Assembly (NCBI GenBank): GCA_051294375.1
Contig: CM119268.1
Span: forward strand, 1,819,486 to 1,883,485
Direction of reading: 5' to 3'
DNA length: 64,000 nt
Source: Paraspadella gotoi
Lineage: Eukaryota; Animalia; Chaetognatha
In this document: positions 1 through 13,365 of the stretch, piece by piece
Layout: every line of letters begins with the position of its first letter
Position numbering within the stretch: position 1 is the stretch's first letter
Notes under the pieces: generated by a model
What the model was told of the DNA's origin: nothing
Seen by the model: the letters and a program-made list of their open reading frames with translations, nothing else
Databases searched by the model: none
Translations under genes and position numbers: made by a program

Positions 1-1229
1 ATCTTGCAAAATCCGGATATCAGAGCAGTTTCCTTCGTTGGCTCAGATCAGGTAAATTTTAGTGAAAAACACAAATTACGTATTAAAGACAAAATGACGT
101 ATTACCATCGTCAACTGTTACACCAGGCCGGTCAGTACATTTACGAAGAAGGCGCCAAAAGGGGCAAGCGCGTTCAATCCAACATGGGCGCTAAAAATCA
201 CGGGGTAATCATGCCGGACGCCAACAAAGAAAACACGCTCAACCAACTCGTCGGGGCCGCTTTCGGCGCCGCCGGTCAGCGCTGCATGGCGCTATCGACG
301 GCTATTTTCGTGGGCAAGGCGAAAGACTGGATTCCGGAATTGGTGGAGCGGGCCCAAAAGCTCAAAGGTAATTATTAAACTTATTAAACTTCTCTACGAT
401 GTCAGTTAAGGAACATTTTATTTTATTTTTTCAATCGTGATCGCAGTCAATGCCGGACACGAACCGGGCGCCGATTTGGGTCCCGTAATTTCCCCCGAAG
501 CAAAGAATCGAATCTGCGATTTGATTCAGTCCGGCGCCAACGAGGGCGCCGAGGTCGTCCTCGACGGCAGGACCATCTCCGTTCCAGGGTAAAGCCGCTG
601 CCCGTTCAAAGCATTTTCGATTCTCACTCTGAACTCGAAGATGAACACAAAAAATTTGGGTTTACAGATACGAAAGCGGAAACTTTGTGGGGCCGACCGT
701 GTTGACGAACGTCAAGCCAAACATGGAGTGTTATCAGGAAGAAATCTTCGGGCCCGTGCTCGTCACTTTGGAGGCGGAAACGCTGGACGAGGCCGTCGAC
801 ATCATTAATAGGTTAGTAACGCTAAGCATTTAATAAGAATGAAACATTTTCCCCAAAAAAATATTTTATTTTCAGTAACCGTTACGGCAACGGGACCGCC
901 ATCTTCACCACCAACGGAGCCACGGCTCGCAAGTTCACCAACGACATCGACGTGGGTCAAGTGGGCATCAACGTCCCCATCCCCGTTCCGCTCCCGATGT
1001 TCTCCTTCACGGGGTCGAGGTAATTATCGAGTTGAGAGAAGAATTGATTCCTTCTTCATTTTCCTCTTTCCTCTTTCCCTCCCTCAGAGGCTCTTTCCGA
1101 GGAGACGCCAATTTTTACGGCAAGGGCGCCATCCAGTTTTACACCCAAGTCAAGACTGTGACGTCGCAGTGGAAAGAGGAGGACGTCACGCACACCAAGG
1201 CGGCCGTCAGCATGCCCGTCTTGCAGTAG
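1..1229 (+). CDS. ALDH6A1: Methylmalonate-semialdehyde dehydrogenase (3' part, 5'-truncated by window; 5 introns visible)
   Basis: Spliced translation gives [76 protein letters not shown] introns at about 52-126, 368-446, 589-668, 812-875 and 1020-1087. Confidence 0.95.
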
Positions 1230-1594
1230 ACGGACTCGTCTTCTTCGACGAGAAAAAAAAATGTTATTTGTGTTACAAATTTCTCAAGTTTTTTTTTTTT
1301 TATAACTTCAACAATAACTTGTTCGTTAGTGATTCAAATTTATTTCGCGATATTTTACAGCCAGTCAAAACTTTTACTGACAAGTCAATTTTAGTTTAAT
1401 TTTTAGTTTCCCTCTTTATTAATAATTTAACTTAATTCGTCCGTATTGACAGCTTCTTTATACATGCCGCTTTTTTCGTTTTAAGTTCGTTATCCTTTAT
1501 GAAAAATCGTGATCCCTGGTAAGCCGAGACCCGGAAACAATCACACGACTATCCCAACTGTTGTTCACCCACAGACACCCCCCCCAAAAAAAAA

Positions 1595-2491
<897 letters not shown>

Positions 2492-2695
2492 CGATTCTTT
2501 TTTTTCTTTTCCACTCGCTCTCGTCGTATTTGACATTCTAGTCAATTTTTCTTCTTTTTTCTTTATTAGTTATTAGTTTCTGTTATTACTGCATCCGAAC
2601 AGAAAATGTTGTGATCGAAACGCGCTCGGAACTCCCGATATCCTGGGCGTCGAACGAGACTATGAATCGGACTCGAACATTCGTTCACGGCAAAA

Positions 2696-5600
2696 ATGAC
2701 TTCGCTCGCATTGACCTTGTGCCCGGGTCGAGTTCTTCTCGCGTCGTCCAGGGGCGTTGGACGTTCGTGGCAGAAAACCGCGTGGCGCGAGACGCTTTCG
2801 CCGGGACTACTTTGTGACGCGTCGCTGGCTCGTCAACGACGGATCTTTCGGACATTCGCGCCGAATTTGAGAAAAATCGTCAGCGATGGGGCGCAGCAGA
2901 CCCAATGGAAAAGGGGCATTGCTCAGGTGGGAGTTTGGCATGGGTCTGTGATGATAGTGCTATTTGCTGTTGGGTTGTGTTTTGTTGCTATGAATTCATC
3001 TTTCTTTTTTTATAATCTGTGTGTTTTTTTTTTTGGCTATGCAGCTCCGCTCACGAGCCTTATTGGTAATGTACCGCACGCTTATTTTAGGGTAACAGCA
3101 TTTAGTAAGTACAGTTGTAGGAATTACTAAATTTCTTATTGGAAATTTTGACATTGGTTGCAAGTTGCTCAGAGCTGCATGTTCAATGAACATAAATTTT
3201 TTTTACCTGAAATGTGAAGCTTTTTAAAACTTCATTTTTGTGATGAACGGATCTCGTTGCGAGCTATAATTAAATGCATGAATTATAATGTTTTTTTTAC
3301 CGTCGCTCTCTTGATCGCTCACTCGTGCATAGTTATTAGTTAATCTAGAGATTAAGTTGAATGACTTTGATCACATTTGCATCTTTTTTAACTCTCAAGC
3401 ATTGCGAGATATGTCGTCGTTGATAAGGTTACCCTTGTACTCAGTTTTTTTTTATTGTACAAGTGTGTAATCTTATTACCTCTAGTCACAAATTTTTTTT
3501 TAAATTTTCGCTATTTCTATTTATATTGATCTCTGGTCCAAAGCTCGTAAAAACCTTATTCGAAGAGACTAGCGAAGTTCATGATTCAATCCATGACTGC
3601 GAATCATCCGGAGTAAGAATTAATCGAGAAACTTTTTTTTCAAGTTCATTTAATTTCTTATCATTTTATATCGCAAATTGTATATTCATTTTTATAGTTT
3701 TAATTATCAACAACTTTTATATATTGTCTGTCGTAAAAATGTCAAAGTTTTAAATTTAATCCAAATCTCTAATCTGCTTTTGAGTTTTATTATTAGCAAC
3801 AGTTGATTTTAATAATTTAGTTGACTGTTTCCAATAAGTACAGAATTATTTGGCACCTTCTAAAAATTAATTACCTACATAGTAATACTAGTTGTCAATC
3901 GGAATTCAAGGTTAAAAATCACCTGGAGATGCTAACAGATCTAGTATAATGTTGTTCATTTCGCTGATATTTTCTTTTTCTGTTTTAACCCAGTTTCTTC
4001 GCAACAAGTTCCCTCGTCTCGCCGCCCGAAGTGGAGACAAAAGAACTTGCTTTCACGCCCATGGAACGCCGGGAACCGCGGCCGACACAGGCGTCAAAGA
4101 AGCTAAGGTTCAAATTGTCATTTTCTTTCTCTCTATAAGTGGTTATTTGAATTAAAGATGAAAACTTCCCATCTCACAGATTAGTCACTGGGAGATCGTT
4201 GGAAAAATGCTGGGCTACGTCTGGCCTAAAGACAACATTGGCGTTCGAGTCCGCGTCGTCGTCGCCCTCAGCCTCCTCGTCGGTTCCAAGCTGCTCAACA
4301 TCGCCGTCCCCTTTTTCTTCAAGCAAGCAGTGGATGACATCAACCGGATAACCGGTGCCCAATAGACATCGTTACGAGTTCCGAACCCCCTCAAGATTAT
4401 CGATCTCTCCTTGCCAAAGGTTCCAATCTGTCGGTAGACGACGCCGAGTCCACGGTCTTGACGTTCGTGATGGCGCTGCTGATCGGCTACGGCATCGCCC
4501 GCGCCGGCGCTTCCGCTCTCAACGAGCTGCGCAACGCCGTGTTCGCCAATGTCGCCCAGTCGTCGATCCGAAGGGTCGCACGGAACGTCTTCCTTCATCT
4601 TCACAACCTCGACCTCTCCTTTCATCTCTCTCGGCAAACGGGTGAAGGAGGGGGGGGGACACATATGACTCTTGCGTTAGAGAATAAAATACGAAACAAA
4701 ATTTTAACTATCGTAAATTGATCGAATAAGAAGCTTTTGTGGAGCAACAACAACGACGACAACAAGCATCCTTTTCCTTCTCTCGAAATTGTTACTATCT
4801 CGTTTCAGGCGGACTTTCGAAAGCCATCGATCGCGGCAGCCGCGGCATCAATTTCGTTCTCTCCGCCCTCGTATTCAACGTGGTTCCCCTCATCTTCGAA
4901 GTCTCTCTCGTCTCCGGTATTTTGTGGTACAACTGCGGAGGAAAATACGCTCTAGTCACCCTCGGATGCGTCGGCGCCTACTCGGTCTTCACGCTCAGGT
5001 CGAGATTCTTAAAGTCGTCCCGTTTGAAGATTTTGATGTTGATCGAGTGTTTCGTCAATCCTCTACGCAGCATCACTTCGTGGCGCACCAAGTTTCGCGT
5101 CGACATGAACGCGGCCGACAACGAAGCCGGCAACAAAGCCATCGATTCCCTCATCAACTACGAGACGGTCAAACTCTTCAACAACGAACGTCACGAGGTC
5201 TCTCGGTACGATAAATTTCTCAAAATCTACGAAGTCGCTTCTCTGAAGACCACCACGTCGCTGGCCCTTTTGAACTGGGGGCAGAACGCCATCTTCAGTG
5301 CGGGTCAGAAAGAAAAAAACAAGTTTTTCCCAACTCGGCGAGCCCTTATTTCGATTTCACGGGTCTCATCTTGATTTAGGCTTGGCCACGATCATGGTCA
5401 TGGCGGCGAAGGACATCGCCTCTGGCACCATGACGGTGGGCGACCTTGTCATGGTCAACGGCCTTCTTTTTCAACTCTCCATTCCACTCAACTTTCTCGG
5501 GTCAGTTTACCGAGAAGTGAGGCAGTCGCTGATCGACATGCAGACCATGTTCGCCTTGTTGGAGGTCGATACTAAGGTAAGTTGAGCGTTGCCGTGATTC

Positions 5601-6660
5601 CTTGTGGTTGTAGTCGTGATTTCGGCTCTTCCTCTCTTAAGATCGCGTCTCAAGCGAAAGCCCCTGTTTTGAGAGTGGACCCGTCATCGTCGGACGTCGT
5701 CTTCGAAGACGTAATGTTCTCCTACGTCAAGGGCCATCCAATCCTCGACGGAATGTCTTTCACAGTCCCTTCGGGGAAGAAAATCGCCATCGTCGGCGGG
5801 AGCGGGTCCGGAAAGTCAACCATTGTCCGGCTTTTGTACAGGTGCGCTTGAGGGGTTAAATAAGATGTTCATCGTTCATGAAGACCGATTTTTTTTCTAC
5901 CTGCCCAGATTCTACGACCCCCTCCGAGGCGGAATCCGCGTCGCAGGTCAGGACATTCGATCTGTCGACTTGGAATCCCTTCGACGCGAGATCGGCGTCG
6001 TGCCGCAGGACACCGTCCTCTTCCACGACACCATCTTCTACAACATTCACTATGGCGATTTGAGCAAGTCGGCCGAAGACGTCTTCAACGCAGCCAAGAT
6101 GGCGAACGTCCATGAAGCCATCCTCCACATGCCCGGCGGATACAAGACCATGGTCGGGGAGCGAGGCCTCAAGTTGTCGGGAGGCGAGAAGCAAAGGGTA
6201 GCCATCGCTAGGGCGATATTGAAAGGTGGGGGGAGATAACTATTTGGAGTATTTGGTGGATCACAATTCATAACGATTTTTTTTCGTTTTAGCGGCTCCG
6301 ATCATAATTTACGACGAGGCAACCTCCAGCTTGGATTCCATAACTGGTAGCTTTGCTTAGCATTTGCGCCATTCAATACTGAAGATGAGACTTTTATTTT
6401 CCTCTTTCTTTTTTAAAGAACAAAAGATCCTGGAGGCGGTGCGCAAGGCGACGGCGGGAAAGACTTCCGTCTTCATCGCCCATCGCCTCTCGACTGTGAT
6501 GGACGCGGACGAGATCCTCGTCCTCCAAGACGGCGGAATTGTGGAACGAGGGACGCACGCCCAACTGCTGGAGGACGAGGGCGGAGTCTACGCTGAGATG
6601 TGGCGACGTCAAATGGAAACGAACGAGAATCAGGAAGAAGCGTCTCAGGTCGACCCCTGA
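2696..6660 (+). CDS. ABCB7: Mitochondrial ABC half-transporter ABCB7/Atm1 (about 11 exons; 1.07 kb first intron)
   Basis: [50 protein letters not shown], Walker [32 protein letters not shown]. Arg-rich presequence-like exon 1 (2696-2926) splices in phase to 3994. Confidence 0.95.
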
Positions 6661-7019
6661 TGAAAAAGACGATACGCCTCCAAGACTTGTTTTTTTGTTG
6701 AAACCACTCCACGTTTACATTGAGTACCATTGGGTGGGAATTTGATTATTTGAAAATTTGTTCGTTTCGTATTCATCTCTCTAGCACCTGTTGATCTTTT
6801 GATTTCATTTTACTTTTAAATTATGAAACAGAGATTGTTTAATGTTTACCAATCGCGACGCGTGAATATTGAAATTTTCAACGGTTTTGACAAGACACAG
6901 CTGCTTGGTTTCCCATTGGATCGAGCGAAAAATTATTACCTTTCAATTATACATTAATTTTAAAACATATTTTTTAAATTAATGACGCATTTTATTAAAA
7001 TCGTTCAATCACTACTACC

Positions 7020-7883
7020 ATGCCTGTGGCATCTTCCCCCGGGGACTTCGACGCCATTTTAAAATTTCTTCACAATCTCCCTGGTGGTTTTTCACCGCTC
7101 GTTAACGTTGTGACCAAACTGCGCTGCGGTCGAGCCGGCCTCGTCGACTGCCCGCTTTACTTTGACGGCCCCGAAGACGTGCAGACGGTGCTATGGTTCA
7201 ATGTTTACGCCATCCAGTATTGTGGTACGCATAGAATTTGCGTGGAGACGACTGATGCCGAAAGTTTGCGTCGTTTGTGCGACGAGTCGGGTCTGTCTGG
7301 TTGCGACGCCTTTAGATTGGCCGCCGTCCGTCCCGAATCCGAGGAGATGGTTCGATCCCTCTTTCCGGCCTGGCGCCAGAGACATGAATGTGTCGAGGCC
7401 GAAGTCTTGTACTTGCCGAGAGAGGCGGAGATCGGCAGCTTGTCTTGTCCCGAAGGCTACACCTTCCGAGCAGCCATCGACGACGACGTTGCCTTTTTCC
7501 ACGACAATTGGAAATTCTCCTCGGGATCCGAAGTTCCGACGGATGTGGCGGAAAAATATGGCGTCATATTTGGTTTAATGCCTTCGGTTGTTGTTCTCCA
7601 TGGAGACGGAGTCGTGGGCGCCGGACTCCAGGACATAGGAGGAAGCGTGGACAAAGTGTTGGTGGCGAAGGAGCACCGCGGAAAGGGCGTCGGTTCTTTC
7701 ATCGTCCGTCGATTGTCGCAACTCATTCGGGACGAGGACAACGATTCTGTCCCGTTCACGTACGTCGAACCCTCCAACGACGGAGGGAAAAAGTTGTTCG
7801 AAAAATTGGGCTTTCGTAAGTGGGAGGATTTGACGCTAATTTGGGCCACTGTCGGCAAGGGAGAAATGGGTTGCAGTTGTTAA
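7020..7883 (+). CDS. GNAT-family (glycine N-acyltransferase-like/FR47-like) acetyltransferase, single exon
   Basis: C-terminal acetyl-CoA motif A (VAKEHRGKGVGS) and motif B (N..GKKLFEKLGF). Confidence 0.75.
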   Translation: MPVASSPGDFDAILKFLHNLPGGFSPLVNVVTKLRCGRAGLVDCPLYFDGPEDVQTVLWFNVYAIQYCGTHRICVETTDAESLRRLCDESGLSGCDAFRLAAVRPESEEMVRSLFPAWRQRHECVEAEVLYLPREAEIGSLSCPEGYTFRAAIDDDVAFFHDNWKFSSGSEVPTDVAEKYGVIFGLMPSVVVLHGDGVVGAGLQDIGGSVDKVLVAKEHRGKGVGSFIVRRLSQLIRDEDNDSVPFTYVEPSNDGGKKLFEKLGFRKWEDLTLIWATVGKGEMGCSC

Positions 7884-8150
7884 GAATTATTTGTGGTTTT
7901 TATGGGTTATTTGGGTGATTTGGGTTTTCCTGTCCATTTCTTGATATATAGGAAGTCGATAGTTAATAATTAATGAGATAACAAATTGCGCTCATACAAA
8001 GGAATATTAATAAAAAAATTAATCTTCTCTACTAGATAATTTTTATGTTAATATTGTTCTTAGTTAGCCTTACGGAGTAGACTCTTTGAGTCTTTGTTAA
8101 TGTAAAGTAAAAGCTATGGAATGCGCTGGAAGGCCCGATGACGTAGAAAT

Positions 8151-8684
8151 ATGTTTGAGGGGAAAATGAAACGATTTAAAGTCTGTGAAAAAGAACATGA
8201 AATGCCTCGATTCGCCGACTCGTGGCCTCGAGATAAAACCTCGAAAATGCGGGGTAAACGGTCGATTCCGTTCTCAGTCGATTCCGGCGAATATCGCCGC
8301 TTCCAGATTTTGGAAGAAATCATTCGGAAGAAGATGGAAAGAGGACGCTGGGCGATCAGAATAAAGTGGACGTAACCCGAGCGACGCGGACGATTGTCGA
8401 CCAATCGCTGGAGGTCGCTGTTTTGGTTCATTTCGTCGACGAAAAGCCGATAATCGTGGTGAGCGAAGTGGACGAGGCCCATATCGGAACCTGGTCAGTG
8501 AGGGACGTTCACAACTTTATCAGGGGGATCGAGGGGTGCTCGCAGTACGCCGAGGAGTTCGTTTACGCAGGAGATCGACGGCCAAGCCTTGATGCTGCTG
8601 AATGAGGATCATTTGATGATCAATCTCAAAGTCAAACTCGGTCCCTCGTTGAAGATCCTCGCCAAAGTTAAGGAGAGGAAGTGA
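8151..8684 (+). pseudogene. Polyhomeotic/Scm-type SAM-domain gene with a +1 frameshift inside the SAM domain (pseudogene, allele or sequence error)
   Basis: WSVRDVHNFIRGIEGCSQYAEEFV in one frame continues as TQEIDGQALMLLNEDHLMINLKVKLGPSLKI (TGA 8682-8684) after skipping one T at 8562-8564. The upstream part can be joined via a 53-nt GT-AG intron (8254-8306). Confidence 0.7.
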
Positions 8685-8815
8685 TTTATATTTTGAAAAG
8701 ATCATGACCCAGCGTATTTCTCATTTTTTGCCTTTTGTTATTTTCATAAAGTGCCTTACATCGATATTTATTTTGCCATCGTTTTTGTTTCAGATGAATC
8801 GAATTGCATAGAGAC

Positions 8816-11806
8816 ATGACTTGTAACAAAAACTTTCCGCGGTCTCACTTAGAACCGACGGACCAGGATGTGTTATACAAGTTGGCGGCGGAGCGAGAAA
8901 AAGAGGAGGAGGAGGAGGAAGAGGAAGATCCTTCTTCCAAAGTCGAGGATTTTGACGCAGAGATTGCGGAGAGAATCGATCCCGACCAACGCTTCAAACT
9001 CGCCGCCGTCGCCTCCAGCGATTCCGAGCTCGAATCCGACTGCGACAAGCTCGTCGACGCGACCGAGAATGAGCCGCTCTACAAGCTCGCCCGCCCTTTG
9101 CTTCGCTTGGACGACGAGTGCGCGGAAGAACCCTGGGCGTCCTCGACGGCGTCCTCTCGGCAAATCACCACGCGGTCGCAGACCATCGGGATTCAAACTC
9201 GCCACAGGTCGAGAAACGAACATCCTCTGCGCAACGCCTCCGCCACTCCGCCGCCGCCGAAGCGGAAACGGCACTTGCCCAAGAAAACCGGTTCCGCTCG
9301 AGTCAAGAAAGAAACGGATGGGATCAAAAGGGATTGGGAGAAATGGTGTTCCAGAGACAAGGACGCCTTCTTCGACGCCGTTCGATATTTCGGCAAAGAT
9401 TTCGAGAAGATTCATCGGCACGTCGTCTCCAAACAAACGAAAAATGGGGAAACGAAGACGAAAACCAAGCATCAAATTAGATTCTTTTACTACAGACAAT
9501 GGCAAAAGCTGACCAAACTCATCAAACTTACCTCTTTCCCCGACACCGTTAAAAAGGATCATCAGGAATTGATTTGCCTCGTCAATTACGGGGAAATGCG
9601 GAAAAAATGCGGCGGTCAGGCCGTGAATTTCGTGGACAAAAAGGCGGTCAAGTTGAACGAACTCATATTCACGGGGCAAACCACGTTCAGAGTGAACGGG
9701 AAACTGACGCGGGTCAAATCCCCAGTGGCTCCGGCTTTAAAGAGAATGACGCACGATCGAACCGAAGTAGAGCCGAACGAAAACCCGCCGACTCCGCTGC
9801 CTCCTCTTCCTCCAACCGTCACCATCAAATTGAGACCGCGCTTAAACCAAGACTACGCTTACGTACACCAAGTGTGCGTGCAAAACCCTTACATACAGTT
9901 TTCTGTCTGTCCGCAAAAACCTCTCGGAGCGCTGATTTCCTTTTTGGAGAATAAGTGGATTCCCGCCAAACAGAAATGTAGCATTTCCCAAAAACCTCGA
10001 ATACGCGTTTTTTCTCCTCCCAACTCTTCCTTCGCTTTGTTCGAACTCGAAAAGACGAAGAAAAACAAAACGGACTCTGAATGTTCGGTTCAATTAGAAG
10101 CTCCCTCCGTCTCGCCGCCAGCGAACGTAGAATGCGAAAGTTCGGAACCAACCGAGTTAAAACCGATCAACGTTCGAAACAAAAAACCCAAAACGAATCG
10201 GACGCGAAAAGTTTCGGAAAAAAGCGACAAACCGTACGACGACGCTGATGATTTAACCTGGTCTTTGGAACAATCGGAAAATATTCTCATCGGCGACTTA
10301 TTCGTTATGTTCGGAATGCCGACTCTCCTCGAATTACAATACTCGTTCATAGAAACCGCTCTGACCAAAAAGTCCGTAGATGGGAGTAAAGTGGTATTTC
10401 GATATAAAGATATGGACTTTTCGTTGGCTCTGAGCCGTCTCCTTAACCTCGCCTCAATCGAATACCTCGAGGAGAAAGAGAGGTCGAAGAATGATAGTAA
10501 TAACAAGTCGTCTTGTAAACATTGTGGATCGACGATATCACGCTCGGCCCCAACTGTTGCCCCTTTCAGTTCTCCGTCAAGTCTACCCGGTTCTCCTTCG
10601 AGTTCAGGGACTTGCCGACGCCGTGCCAAAAGTACCTTAGCTACGGAAGGTTGTCCGACGACGCCTAAAGGTAGAAAAGCACAAGCGGCTCGACTTTTGA
10701 ACGCGCCCTTAGTGAATGAAAAAACAACTTCGGATGAAGCATCGTTAAAAACAGCGTCTTCCGTCTTTGCCGTTCCCTCTTCCATTCCACTTAAGAGCAG
10801 GACCGTACCGAAATCTAAACCCGAATGCGAAATTGGTTCAAACGTATTGCAGGACGCTCAAACTGCCGAGGCTATTGCGTTCAAGCAACAGCTGGACAAT
10901 TTAAAGCGCTCGCAAGAAGCCGTTATGGCGACGCGACCCGTAAAGATTCGAAATAGAAACTTGGGAAATAGAAAGCCAATTGTGGTCCAACGAATGATAA
11001 CTGCCAGATCGAACATCCCTTCGACGTCTAACGTTGTAAACCTTCAACAAGGAAATATCCTTTCGGTTTCTTTACTACCGACAACCTCTGCTGAAAGAAA
11101 CCAAGACATTCTTCGCGATGCTTTAAAAGCAGCCGACGTTTCAGTAGAATTAGAAAGCGGCTCTTCCGCGCAGCAAAATCATTTTAATATAAATAAAACT
11201 GCAACCAACGCAGAAGCTGCACAACCGAACGTTTCGCAAATGCTCATAGACGTATCGTTGCCCATTTCTGAATCTCTTCCAATAAATACGAATGACTCCC
11301 AAGACTTTGGTCAGAATTTTCACGCGGAATTGGAAATTCTTCCAAGCACATCAACGAAATCAGATACTTATAGTAAATCTCAGGAATCTACAAGTAAACC
11401 TTATGCGACCAAATCTGATAAGAAACCTTTCTCATTAATAACGCCGACCAAGTCTGCGAGACAATCGGAACAGTTGATATCTTGGTTTGGATCTACAGAA
11501 GACTTGACCGTCAGAGATGCAAAATTACCCAACTTTATTCTTACAGATGATTCAAATCATTCCCAAACGAGTAAGGAAAAAACTGAACAATCTCAGGAGA
11601 TAACCGCAGATTGTTCATCGGTAAATTTAAGTTTTTTAAATGAAAACTCGAGCGACTCCATTATGTCTAATTCGAGTGTGGATTTTTCTTTGCAATCGCT
11701 CATAAATGAAAACAGCATGGATTATGCAAACAAGTTCGCTGAGTTAGCTTCTCATATTTCGGAGTCGAGCAGTCAAACATTGGAAACCCCAAAGAAAAAA
11801 TCTTAA
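8816..11806 (+). CDS. CRAMP1: Cramped-like SANT-domain chromatin regulator, single exon
   Basis: SANT-like WEKWCSRDKDAFFDAVRYFGKDFEKIH, QIRFFYYRQW, ELICLVNYGEMRKK, KLNELIFTG; C-terminal ENSMDYANKFAELA. Confidence 0.85.
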   Translation: MTCNKNFPRSHLEPTDQDVLYKLAAEREKEEEEEEEEDPSSKVEDFDAEIAERIDPDQRFKLAAVASSDSELESDCDKLVDATENEPLYKLARPLLRLDDECAEEPWASSTASSRQITTRSQTIGIQTRHRSRNEHPLRNASATPPPPKRKRHLPKKTGSARVKKETDGIKRDWEKWCSRDKDAFFDAVRYFGKDFEKIHRHVVSKQTKNGETKTKTKHQIRFFYYRQWQKLTKLIKLTSFPDTVKKDHQELICLVNYGEMRKKCGGQAVNFVDKKAVKLNELIFTGQTTFRVNGKLTRVKSPVAPALKRMTHDRTEVEPNENPPTPLPPLPPTVTIKLRPRLNQDYAYVHQVCVQNPYIQFSVCPQKPLGALISFLENKWIPAKQKCSISQKPRIRVFSPPNSSFALFELEKTKKNKTDSECSVQLEAPSVSPPANVECESSEPTELKPINVRNKKPKTNRTRKVSEKSDKPYDDADDLTWSLEQSENILIGDLFVMFGMPTLLELQYSFIETALTKKSVDGSKVVFRYKDMDFSLALSRLLNLASIEYLEEKERSKNDSNNKSSCKHCGSTISRSAPTVAPFSSPSSLPGSPSSSGTCRRRAKSTLATEGCPTTPKGRKAQAARLLNAPLVNEKTTSDEASLKTASSVFAVPSSIPLKSRTVPKSKPECEIGSNVLQDAQTAEAIAFKQQLDNLKRSQEAVMATRPVKIRNRNLGNRKPIVVQRMITARSNIPSTSNVVNLQQGNILSVSLLPTTSAERNQDILRDALKAADVSVELESGSSAQQNHFNINKTATNAEAAQPNVSQMLIDVSLPISESLPINTNDSQDFGQNFHAELEILPSTSTKSDTYSKSQESTSKPYATKSDKKPFSLITPTKSARQSEQLISWFGSTEDLTVRDAKLPNFILTDDSNHSQTSKEKTEQSQEITADCSSVNLSFLNENSSDSIMSNSSVDFSLQSLINENSMDYANKFAELASHISESSSQTLETPKKKS

Positions 11807-12212
11807 GCGAACTATCTCTATAAAAAAGATAGTACAATGTTAAAATTGTAAAAAAAAATTAAAACATAATTTTAAATCTTACCGAAAGAAGTATTTCTAT
11901 GACATTACAAATAGCTGAAAAAATACCATTTTCATTTTCCTATTGAAGTTCTGAATTAAGAGGCAAAAATATCAGTAAAGCTGTTCGATTACTACCTATT
12001 CAATATTGTTTGTCTTCGTTCATAATAAGGCATGCTTAGATTATTTTTTTTTAGTTTTTGGACAACGAAAAACATGTTATTTTTTTAGACATTTTTTTCT
12101 CGAGTGGTTTCCCACCGTACAAAAAACTTAAATTGAAATAATTTTCAATATTTTTATTTTATTACTTTTTAAAAAAATAGTTAAAAAACCCTAAACAATT
12201 TAAAAAAAAACC

Positions 12213-13365
12213 ATGTCCAACGCCGCCGGCAACTGGTGCTTGATCGAGAGCGATCCCGGAGTTTTCAGCGAACTCATCCGCGACTTCGGCGTCACCGGGG
12301 TTCAGGTGGAGGAACTCTGGGGACTCGACAAAGAACTCTTCGAAAAACTCGGCTCCGTCCACGGCCTCATCTTCCTCTACAAGTGGAAAGAGGGCGAGGA
12401 ACCTTCAGGCGACGTCGTCGTCGACGATCGACTCGACAAAATCTTTTTCGCCAAACAAGTGATCAACAACGCGTGCGCCACGCAGGCCGTTCTCTCCATC
12501 CTTCTCAACGTCGACCACGAGGACGTGCGACTTGGAGAGACGCTCGACGATTTCAAATCCTTCGCCTCCAGTTTCGACGCCACGCTTAAAGGTTGTTTTT
12601 TTTTTTCGAGGGATCGGGGGGGGGGTTAGGATGAGTCGAATCGATCTTACTTCTCTTTTCGCAGGCCTCACTCTCTCAAACTCGGATGTGATTCGCTCCG
12701 TCCACAACTCCTTCGCCCGGCAGCAGATGTTCGAGTTCGAGTCGGCCTCGGCCAAGGAGGACGACGACGTGTTCCACTTTGTCGGTTACATGCCCATCGA
12801 CGGGCGCCTCTACGAACTGGACGGACTGAAAGAAGGTCCCGTGGATTTGGGAGCCGTCGGCGCCGGCAACGACTGGACGGACGTCGTCAGGCCCGTCATC
12901 GAGCAAAGGATGAGGAAGTACAGGTCGGCGCTTCGTTTTAGGCCGATTTTTTTGACCCTATTAATTTTAAACTGTTAATTTCAGACACTGAGCTTATGAA
13001 CATTTTTTTTTCGCTACAGCGAGGGCGAGATCCACTTTTCTCTCTTGGCCGTCGTCGCCGACCGGAAGATGGCGCTGGAGAAGCGTCTGGCCGAGTTGAC
13101 GTTGGGCGAGGGGATGGACGTTGACGGCGTGGGGGAAGAGATCGCCGAGGTGCGCGCGCAGCTCGTAGAAGAGGAAGCGAAGCGCCGGAGACACCGCGTG
13201 GAGAACGTCCGTCGTCGACACAATTACCTCCCCTTCATCATGGCTCTGCTCAAGGCCTGCGCCAAGGAGAAGCTCCTCATGCCGCTCTACGAGAAGGCCA
13301 AAGAGAAAGGGGCCGCCAACAAGAAGGCCAAGGAGGAGAGGAAAAAACTCAAGTCTTCCGCTTGA
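12213..13365 (+). CDS. UCHL5: Ubiquitin C-terminal hydrolase UCH37/UCHL5 (3 exons)
   Basis: WCLIESDPGVFSEL, FAKQVINNACATQA, FHFVGY..LYELDGLKEGP, ENVRRRHNYLPFI. Confidence 0.95.

Noticed and set aside
3239-3290. Box C-like TGTGATGA in ABCB7 intron 1 (and TGATGA/CTGA in the ACOT7 intron near 26130-26192)
   Set aside because: No suitably placed box D with terminal stem, or no recognisable rRNA guide; expected by chance in AT-rich DNA.
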